DNA of 64,000 bases from Candidatus Bathyarchaeota archaeon. Its GTDB lineage: Archaea > Thermoproteota > Bathyarchaeia > Bathyarchaeales > Bathycorpusculaceae. The position numbers and the translations under genes were made by a program. The stretch covers positions 928,001 through 992,000 of the forward strand of contig OY970340.1 in NCBI GenBank assembly GCA_963717465.1, read 5' to 3'. The notes beneath the pieces were generated by a model that was not told the origin of the DNA, searched no databases, and saw only the letters and a program-made list of their open reading frames with translations. Below are positions 23,663 through 31,197 of this stretch, piece after piece (the first letter of the stretch is position 1; the number at the start of each line of letters is the position of its first letter).

Positions 23663-24682
23663 ATGAACTATAGACTTACAAAAGCTGTACCGGTACATGG
23701 ATGAAGCTGCAAGCTCCCACAGTACCAGCTGGATAAACTTCTCGTCAAAGCCGGCGTGTCAATAAAACTTGGCGGCGAGTTGTTAGCTGGACCTTGGGAG
23801 AACTCAAGCGTCATGAAAATTGCAGAAGACCTTGCTTTACTGAACACTCTGGATTTTTTCACTCCGATAGTCGACGAACCCGAGGTACAGGGCAGAATCG
23901 CAGCAAACAATGTTACCAGCGACATTTACGCGATGGGCGTATCGAAAATAGTAAACGTTTTGTCAATTATGGGCTTTCCAGAGGAAATGCCAAACAAGTT
24001 AGCTGTAGGAATGCTGAAAGGATTCGCCGATTTTTGCCGAGAAATTGGTGCGCCTCTTGTTGGTGGGCACACAATTCGAAATCCATGGCCTATTTTGGGC
24101 GGTGCGGCGACCGGTGTTGCCAGCCCAAATAAAATTGTTTATACACGAGGTGCAAAACCTGACGATTTGTTGGTTTTAACTAAACCTTTGGGAATTCAGC
24201 CTGCTATGGCGGCTTATCGAATGTGGAAAGAGAAAACAGGCAGGGAATTGCTAAGTGATATCCCGAAAAAAGTGGTTAAAGATGCAATCTCTGGGGCGAT
24301 TGAAGTAATGACATCTTCGAATAAACCTGTAGCGGAGGCAATGCAGCAGGTTCCAGTCCATGCTGCTACTGACATTACGGGTTTTGGTTTGAAGGGTCAC
24401 GCTGAAAACATGGCAAAACTTGGTCAAGTAAATATTGTATTCGATGAATTAGCAGTTATCCGTGGTACGCCTGCTTTGGCTGAGGTGCAGGGTTATCCTT
24501 TGCTTAAGGGTGATGCAAGCGAGACTGCAGGAGGCATGCTTATAGCTGTAGGCAAAGGGGATTTAGATGATTTGCTTAAAGAGTTAGAAAAACGTAAGGT
24601 TAGACACTTTGAAGTTGGCCGTGTAATGAAGGGTCAAGGTACAGTGAAAATAGGTAAGCAAGTGAAAATTTTAGAAGTTTAA
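23663..24682 (+). CDS. selD: Selenophosphate synthetase (selenide, water dikinase), a selenoprotein with UGA=Sec at codon 14 (23702-23704); 339 aa
   Basis: ATG 23663 is in frame with ORF 23756..24682 and reads MNYRLTKAVPVHG(TGA)SCKLP; also DFFTPIVDEP..QGRIAANN.TSDIYAMG, GGHT, LTKPLG, TDITGFGL.GH, ETAGGML. Confidence 0.95.
23714..23800 (+). promoter_or_regulatory. Candidate Sec-recoding stem-loop immediately downstream of the selD UGA
   Basis: Hand-folded nested pairs CUCCCA/UGGGAG, CCAGCU/AGCUGG, CUCGUC/GGCGAG, GCC/GGC; not computed. Confidence 0.4.
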
Positions 24683-24741
24683 TTTTTCGCGTTAGCATTT
24701 ATTAACATCTTAGCATAGTCAAAGAAGAGAGGAAGAAAAAA

Positions 24742-26940
24742 GTGCCAGTTTCTCGCTGCCCATATCTACTTATAATGTGCGGGTTGCCTGCTTCAGGCAA
24801 AACAACCATATGCAGAAAGGTGGCTGCGATTCTCGAGGACAAACATGGCTTACCAACTATGATAATCAGCTCTGACGATTTCAGGCGTATGGTTACGTAT
24901 TCTAGTTCGGGATTTCAGCCTGAAAAAGAGGCGGCTATTAAGCTTCTTTTTGAAAGAGCAATAAGTACTGCCTTGGAAAATTCTTTTTTAGTAATTTGCG
25001 ATGACATGAACTATTATAAGTCGATGAGGGCAGACTTAGGCAAAATCGCTAAAAACTCAAATTCAGATTACGACATTGTCTTTGTCAATACTCCTGTTGA
25101 CTTAGCGTTAAAATGGAATCAGGAGCGGGGCTTTACAGTCCCTAATTCGCTTATTGAGGAAATTAACCAAAAACTAGACGCGCCCAAAGGCGATTATAAA
25201 TGGGATACTGCAATGGCCACCGTTGATCCGAGCAAACAGAGTTTAGATGAAATGGCAAACGTAATCGTCGGCGGCATTATTAAAAGATTGGAGAATCCAG
25301 TCAGAAGTAAACCCAAAAAGATTGTCGAGGACGAAAAATCATTAAGAGCACGGGGTATCGAGAGAGAAACTCGGAAATCAATGATGGAAGTTATGACGCG
25401 GTTCAAAAATCCAGATTTGGCTATTTCCCTCTCAAAGATCCGCAAGGAAGTAGTTAAGAAAGCCTTGCTGGAAGGGGTTCAACCCACAGTTGCTGTGGAA
25501 ATGTTCCTAAGAGGTGCTGATGAAGTCACCAAAGGTTTCGCCATGCCCGAGACGAAAGGGTTGATTTCAGTCCATGTAGGCTTATTTGGTCACGTGGATC
25601 ACGGCAAAACCATGCTTGCTAGACGATTAACAGAGAAGCCTTCAACTGCAGCGTTGGATAAAGCTCCTGATTCAGCGCGGCGTGGTATGACCTTGGATAT
25701 GGGTTTCTCAGCTTTCTGGCTTGACAATTACATGGTGACACTTGTTGACCTGCCGGGGCATTTTAGCTTAATTAGGCATGCAGCTGCGGGAGCCAACATT
25801 ATCGATTCTGCAATACTTGTTGTCGCGGCGGATCTTGGCTTGCAGATTCAAAGTGTCGAGCATTTTTCAATAATTAAAAACTTGGGCATAAAGGATCTTG
25901 TCGTGGCTTTAAACAAGATTGATGCGGCTTCTCCTGACAGAATCGAGGAAGTAAAAAAGAAAATCGCGCTTATGCTGAAAGGAACACGATACGAGAACGC
26001 CAAGATAGTTGGAGTTTCAGGCTTAACAGGCGCTGGCATGGAGGAATTAAAGAATGAAATCAAGATGTCACTTAAGCCTCCCGTTAGGCAATGGGTTGGG
26101 CCTTTTAAGATGCCCATTGATCACGCATTCATAATCGCTGGAGTCGGCACCGTTTTAACTGGAACAATTCATCGTGGAAAAGTAAAACTGAAGGATACTG
26201 TTGAGATCAAGCCGATCGATAAGACTGGGCAAGTCAGGTCTTTGAGGTCTTTTGGTGAAGAAAAGGAAGAAGCAATCGCTGGTGACCGCGTTGGAATGGC
26301 TGTTAAGGATATTAAACCTGATGATGCTCACAGAGGTTTCATCGCTTGCACCCCAGGGTCAATTAAGTCTACCCAGCGTATGCTTGTAGAATTTGAAATG
26401 GACAAGTATTACAAGCGTTCGATGGAGCCCAAAAGTGGAGTAACAGCATTCGTTGGGTCCTATGAAGTGTTAGCAACTGCTACACCTGGAACACTTGAAA
26501 ACTCAAAATTCGTTGTTAAACCTTCAATCAGAGACGGAGAAAAATGCACAATTTATCTGGAACTTAAGGAGCCAGTGGTAGCGGAAAGCGGTGACCGTGT
26601 TCTACTGTTAAATACCGGGCTTCAAGCACGTGAATTCCGAATAATCGGCGGAGGAAGAATCATCGAAACAGAGAAAATACCTGAATTCTTCTCAAGAAAA
26701 GTCAAATCAGGAACCGTGAAGGAAAAGCAAACAGACAACAACTACATCATAAGCGGTTTAGCCAATGCTGAAGGCGCAGCTGTAAAGTATACGAAGAAGC
26801 AGATCACGACTGCAGCTGGCGTAAAAGGGGAAATTATCTCTCCTTCAAAATCAAGTGGAGATGTCGTTGCCACGTTTATCCAGCCGGTTCAGGTAGGCGA
26901 AAAAGTGTTTCTCGTTAAATATAAGAAACTGCAGGTTTGA
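24742..26940 (+). CDS. pstK-selB: Fusion of O-phosphoseryl-tRNA(Sec) kinase (aa ~1-265) and selenocysteine-specific elongation factor SelB (aa ~268-732)
   Basis: PSTK: CGLPASGKTT, SDDFR, ICDDMNYYKSMR.DL, YKWD, IERETRK. SelB: GLFGHVDHGKT, STAALDK.P.S.RRGMTLDMGFSAF, LVDLPGH, NKID, PIDHAF..AGVGTVLTGT, AGDRVG. Confidence 0.92.
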   Translation: MPVSRCPYLLIMCGLPASGKTTICRKVAAILEDKHGLPTMIISSDDFRRMVTYSSSGFQPEKEAAIKLLFERAISTALENSFLVICDDMNYYKSMRADLGKIAKNSNSDYDIVFVNTPVDLALKWNQERGFTVPNSLIEEINQKLDAPKGDYKWDTAMATVDPSKQSLDEMANVIVGGIIKRLENPVRSKPKKIVEDEKSLRARGIERETRKSMMEVMTRFKNPDLAISLSKIRKEVVKKALLEGVQPTVAVEMFLRGADEVTKGFAMPETKGLISVHVGLFGHVDHGKTMLARRLTEKPSTAALDKAPDSARRGMTLDMGFSAFWLDNYMVTLVDLPGHFSLIRHAAAGANIIDSAILVVAADLGLQIQSVEHFSIIKNLGIKDLVVALNKIDAASPDRIEEVKKKIALMLKGTRYENAKIVGVSGLTGAGMEELKNEIKMSLKPPVRQWVGPFKMPIDHAFIIAGVGTVLTGTIHRGKVKLKDTVEIKPIDKTGQVRSLRSFGEEKEEAIAGDRVGMAVKDIKPDDAHRGFIACTPGSIKSTQRMLVEFEMDKYYKRSMEPKSGVTAFVGSYEVLATATPGTLENSKFVVKPSIRDGEKCTIYLELKEPVVAESGDRVLLLNTGLQAREFRIIGGGRIIETEKIPEFFSRKVKSGTVKEKQTDNNYIISGLANAEGAAVKYTKKQITTAAGVKGEIISPSKSSGDVVATFIQPVQVGEKVFLVKYKKLQV

Positions 26941-27818
26941 GCGTTAAAGACTTGACTGAACGTACACGTTTTGGTCCAGCCGGTGTTCCTCCACCTTTTC
27001 GGATTCTTAGAGCCAAGTTATCGGATGTTCCTGGGCTTCTGCGGGAAGAGGGTCTTGATGCGTTTGAGTATCAAGCTTCACGTTGGGGTGCGACACCGCA
27101 AATCAAACAAGAGGATGCTGAGAAATTGGGCCTTGAAGCAAAGAAAAACGATGTCAAGCTCAGCGTTCATGGGTCCTACTTCATTAACCTATCTGGAAAA
27201 GATGATATCGTTGAAGCAAGCAAGCAACGTTTGATTGCTGGTGCAACCGCGGCGCAGTGGATGGGAGCATACGTCGTTGTTTTTCACTTGGGTTTTTATG
27301 GCCGATTTGAAAAGAGTTTTGCCTTCAAAAACTGCGTAACCGCTTTGAAAGACGTAAGTCAAACCTTAAAGAGTCTAGGAATCAAGGTGAAGCTCGGTCC
27401 AGAGACGATGGGCAGAAAATTTCAAGTCGGATCACTTGACGAAATATTAACGATTTGCCAAGAAGTTGAAGGCACACAGTTGGTTATTGATTGGGGCCAT
27501 CTCCATGCGAGAAATCAGGGCGCATTCAAAAAAATTGAGGATTTCCGATCAGCCGTTGAAAAAGTTGAGTACCAACTCGGAACAGAAGCGATAAAGAATA
27601 TGCACTGTCACTTCTCTAAAATCGAGTTCTCCAGCCAAGGAGAAAAGAGGCATCGAACATTGGAGGAAAAAAGGTATGGCCCAGACTTTGCGTTGCTTGC
27701 TCAAGTGATTGCGGATTTTAATTTGTATCCGACTTTGATTTGTGAAACGCCTCTTTTGGATATTGACGCAGTTAAAATGCGAGAAATTTATGATGGCGTA
27801 CTGAAAGGAAAAATGTAA
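26937..27818 (+). CDS. Endonuclease IV-like TIM-barrel protein
   Basis: RFGPAGVP, SVHGSYFINL, VFHLG, PETMG, IDWGHLHAR, HCHFSKIE, ICETP; 4-nt overlap with selB stop. Confidence 0.85.
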   Translation: MSVKDLTERTRFGPAGVPPPFRILRAKLSDVPGLLREEGLDAFEYQASRWGATPQIKQEDAEKLGLEAKKNDVKLSVHGSYFINLSGKDDIVEASKQRLIAGATAAQWMGAYVVVFHLGFYGRFEKSFAFKNCVTALKDVSQTLKSLGIKVKLGPETMGRKFQVGSLDEILTICQEVEGTQLVIDWGHLHARNQGAFKKIEDFRSAVEKVEYQLGTEAIKNMHCHFSKIEFSSQGEKRHRTLEEKRYGPDFALLAQVIADFNLYPTLICETPLLDIDAVKMREIYDGVLKGKM

Positions 27819-27938
27819 AAATAATCGTTGTCCTTTAGTTTAATGGTCTCAGCAGCAAGCTTGAAAATAAGCAATCCCTACAAAATCAATATCTTATTTT
27901 TGGCTCGACTGGAACTATCGCCTTACTGGCAAAAGCCT

Positions 27939-27985
27939 GACGACTTCATAGGCTTGTGCAGTTGAGGGATACTGAGAAGCGCTTT
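27939..27985. repeat. Diverged repeat copy A (hairpin + GAGGGATACTnnGAAGCGCTTT)
   Basis: 22-mer at 27964-27985 matches 29187-29208 at 20/22 positions; similarity extends upstream. Confidence 0.6.
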
Positions 27986-28082
27986 AATTTCGGCGCACCT
28001 TTAAAATATTAATTTAAAACAAGCAGCTAAGTAATTGCTCGTTCATAACTTTAATAGCTTTAGTTTCTTGGATTAAGTTAGG

Positions 28083-29012
28083 TTAATTCAAGAGTGTTTT
28101 CAATATTTTTGATTTTATTTCTCTGTTCGTGCGCAACTGCCAGATGGAAAGTATCTCAATTATCGATAGGGCAACAACCACATAAACGGAAATCCAATCA
28201 TATCCATACATCTGAGAAACAATATTGCCATTTGTTTCTTTTTGTAGAAAGGTGAATCCGATGTTATAATAGAAGAAAAATGGCAAATTTGTTATCGTAA
28301 TAAAAGCAATCGAACCGGCGATGAATTGCCATAAGCCCTTCCTATTATACCATAAAAGTAGGGGTAACGCAATAAGCGAACCACGAGGGTCAAATGCACT
28401 TAAGGCAAAGAAAATTGCTGAGGACCAAGGCTTTTTAGCAAAACCAAAGTAGAATGCGCCCACTATGAAAGCCGCTTGAATTACGTGTGCATTTCCCAAA
28501 GCATACCCGTCGTAGTAAAGTGGGCACAGTGAATGAAAAAATATGGAGAGAGAATTATATTCGTTAGGGGTTATAGGAAAGCCTGGCACTGGTGCAACTA
28601 TGACTAGAAAGGTTGCAACTGCACCTAGAATGAGGCTCTTATCTTTTACAAGCTTGTAAACAAAGAAAGCTAAAACAAAAATAGAGGCAGCCTGCAACAG
28701 ATCAAAAGCTGTAAAAGCATTCTGATAGCTAAATGCTAAAAAAGGTGAAAACCACAAGAAAAATGACGGTGCGTACTTGAAGACTTGAGGCGTTGGAGTT
28801 ATCGGATAGTCACCAGGATAAAACCCGGCATCATAGATAGCCGTTGGGTTATGAAACAGCCTCCATGCACCAATGTAATATGCTGAAAAATCTCGCGCTA
28901 GCTCCGTTGACATGGGACTAAAAGTTACAGGGTAAGCAATAATGAACGATAATATGTTTATCGTTAAAGCTATGATAATTACTGAAATTATCAGCAACTT
29001 TTTAGGAAGCAT
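28083..29012 (-). CDS. GT87-like (GT-C fold) membrane glycosyltransferase
   Basis: ARDFSAYY, IY, FKYAPSF, GN; many TM segments. Confidence 0.65.
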   Translation of the reverse strand: MLPKKLLIISVIIIALTINILSFIIAYPVTFSPMSTELARDFSAYYIGAWRLFHNPTAIYDAGFYPGDYPITPTPQVFKYAPSFFLWFSPFLAFSYQNAFTAFDLLQAASIFVLAFFVYKLVKDKSLILGAVATFLVIVAPVPGFPITPNEYNSLSIFFHSLCPLYYDGYALGNAHVIQAAFIVGAFYFGFAKKPWSSAIFFALSAFDPRGSLIALPLLLWYNRKGLWQFIAGSIAFITITNLPFFFYYNIGFTFLQKETNGNIVSQMYGYDWISVYVVVALSIIEILSIWQLRTNREIKSKILKTLLN

Positions 29013-29070
29013 TTGCCCTCTCCCTTTCTGATCAACATGATTTTTGGTAGCTATCAAGCTAAATTTTGGC

Positions 29071-29099
29071 TGTTGCCGGAAACGCTATTTCCGGTAACA
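29071..29099. promoter_or_regulatory. Inverted repeat TGTTGCCGGAAA-cgcta-TTTCCGGTAACA
   Basis: 12-bp arms with one mismatch, upstream of the GT87-like gene; operator or terminator-like hairpin. Confidence 0.5.
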
Positions 29100-29162
29100 T
29101 ATGCTTTAATGGAACATAACAAAAATATAATTTAAACCCTTTTCATGCCGACCCGTCTGCTC

Positions 29163-29208
29163 GGCGACCTCGCAGACTGCCGCAACGAGGGATACTTTGA
29201 AGCGCTTT
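29163..29208. repeat. Diverged repeat copy B
   Basis: See copy A; overlaps hairpin GTCTGC...GCAGAC. Confidence 0.6.
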
Positions 29209-29249
29209 TAAATCCTACACATTTCAAAATAATTGACGAGTAAGTAATA

Positions 29250-31157
29250 TCATTTTCCGATTGTTGGTTTGCCTATCGCAGTTACAATAATTTCGGTTCC
29301 TTCTCCCATGGTTTTCACCTGCGTTTTTATTTGCGGGTCCTGTATTCCAGCTATTACTGTCCTCTCCCTCAATAGTCTAGTCGCCTCTGTTAAGGCATAA
29401 TTTCTTGCTGTGTCAGCAACTGTATAGACAGGTTTTTCGAGACCAAATATGCGTACTTGGTCTTCTACTGCAGGGTTAGGTATTATTTGCACTGTTACTG
29501 TTTCCACGACAACGCCGCTGATAGCTCCCACGGCGTTTCCGACTGCGTAATACGGTGGTAGGACAAGTTTGGTGTTGAGTCGTTCGCAAACTGGGGGCAT
29601 CATTAATCCAACTGGACCTCCAATAGCCACTATAGGCAAATTCGCCGTTATTTTTATTCCACAACGAGTTCCTTCACCTGATGAAGCTTTGTCTAATATA
29701 TATTCGCAAGTGTCACACACAGATTTTTCTCCAATTTCATCGAACAATAATTTTTTGGTGACCTCTTTGCATAATCTGTTATAAATAAGGTTCAGAGCTC
29801 CAATGACTAGTTCGCTTGGGCTTGCTCCCAAGTTTGATGCAAAGACACTAACTCCCTTCTTAGAAATCTCAACATCCCATTCTGTATAGGTGCCTTGGAA
29901 ATGAAATAGATCAGTAGGTGTTAAGCCAACTCCCTCAATTATGTACTGCGCTTTAAGGTCTTTAATAATCGTTTGTATGAGTGCTGCAGGCTTAGCTATT
30001 TCTTGAAGCAACTCGTTAAGTGTGACTGGCTGCAATCTTTCGATGGCACTAAAAACTTGTTGTTCAATCTTTTCAAGATTGGCATTTCTTGCACTATGCG
30101 CTATCAAGAAGTCAGTGCGCTTACTGGATTCAATTTTTTCTCGCAATTTTGGATATTTCTTAGCAGCAAGGCACAATGGGATTACCCTTTCAGGGCCAGC
30201 CCGCACGTAACCGTTGTTTATCCAGATTCGGCTGTCCCCTGCTAATCCAACAGTTCTCATGGATAAAGCTCTCACTCGAGTCCTCCAATCGCCTACGGAG
30301 GCTCCTTCAGAGTCAATTTGGCAGTTACCATCAATAACTATGCCTATGTCAGTGGATGTTCCTCCAATGTCAACAACTATAAAATCCTTAAGTTTAGATA
30401 GAACCACCGCCCCGACAGCGCTTGCAGCTGTTCCGGATAACATTGTTTCTACTGGTCTTTCGCGTGCAACTGCTTCGCTTGTTAGTGAACCGTCGCTTTT
30501 AACAACCATGAGAGGCGCATTGATACTTCTTTCAACAAGGCTCATCTTTATTTTGTCTAAAAATTCTTTGATTATGGGGAGCAATCGTGCATTAAGGTAT
30601 GCCGTAGTGGTTCTTGCATCCATGCCCAGTCTAGGCGACATCTCATGACCACAGATGACGGGTAAACCTGTTAATTCTTTAATTATTTCTCTTGTCCTTA
30701 TTTCATGCTCTGGGTTTCTGCAGCCGAAATAGGCTGAAACTGCAAATGCCTTAACTTTATTTGCCATAGATTCTACGGCTGATCTGACCGCCAATTCGTC
30801 TAAGGGCTCTATTTCCTCACCCATAAGGTCATGACCGCCCTTAACAAAAGCTTGATTGTTTCTTAGTTCTTTTATGTCGCCTGGCTGAATTAGTAGTGTT
30901 CCTACATTCCAGCCTTTGTTTTGAAGTATGGAGTTTGTGGCAAGTGTTGTGGAGACTGAAACAAGCTTAATCTCCTCGCCTTTGACGCGTCCTTGCCCGA
31001 ACGCATTATTGATAGAATTGATTATGCCAACAGAAAAATCGTAGGGAGTTGTTTTAGCTATGCCTATTTCAATAATTTCTCTTTTTTCAAGGTCAATGAT
31101 TACGCTTTGAGTGTTTGAACCTCCAGTGTCTGTGCCCATTCCTAAAACTTGTGGCAT
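29250..31157 (-). CDS. Hydantoinase A/oxoprolinase-family protein, paralogue 1
   Basis: G.DTGGSNT, STTLATN, RTTTAYLNARL.P, ET.LSG.AAS, VDIGGTSTDI, VGNAVGA. Confidence 0.85.
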   Translation of the reverse strand: MPQVLGMGTDTGGSNTQSVIIDLEKREIIEIGIAKTTPYDFSVGIINSINNAFGQGRVKGEEIKLVSVSTTLATNSILQNKGWNVGTLLIQPGDIKELRNNQAFVKGGHDLMGEEIEPLDELAVRSAVESMANKVKAFAVSAYFGCRNPEHEIRTREIIKELTGLPVICGHEMSPRLGMDARTTTAYLNARLLPIIKEFLDKIKMSLVERSINAPLMVVKSDGSLTSEAVARERPVETMLSGTAASAVGAVVLSKLKDFIVVDIGGTSTDIGIVIDGNCQIDSEGASVGDWRTRVRALSMRTVGLAGDSRIWINNGYVRAGPERVIPLCLAAKKYPKLREKIESSKRTDFLIAHSARNANLEKIEQQVFSAIERLQPVTLNELLQEIAKPAALIQTIIKDLKAQYIIEGVGLTPTDLFHFQGTYTEWDVEISKKGVSVFASNLGASPSELVIGALNLIYNRLCKEVTKKLLFDEIGEKSVCDTCEYILDKASSGEGTRCGIKITANLPIVAIGGPVGLMMPPVCERLNTKLVLPPYYAVGNAVGAISGVVVETVTVQIIPNPAVEDQVRIFGLEKPVYTVADTARNYALTEATRLLRERTVIAGIQDPQIKTQVKTMGEGTEIIVTAIGKPTIGK

Positions 31158-31197
31158 TTCGGAATCCTCATTTTTAAGCCTTCAACTGGACGAGCGA

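Noticed and set aside
24683..24741. 3' UTR SECIS for selD
   Set aside because: AT-rich with no convincing stem carrying GAA/A or AUGA/GA motifs; looks like promoter and RBS for the next gene.
27900..27985. Possible tRNA-Sec (CTTCA in a loop; minus strand ends GAGCCA)
   Set aside because: Could not build acceptor, D and T arms on either strand; spacing between the GTTC-like motif and CCA is too short.
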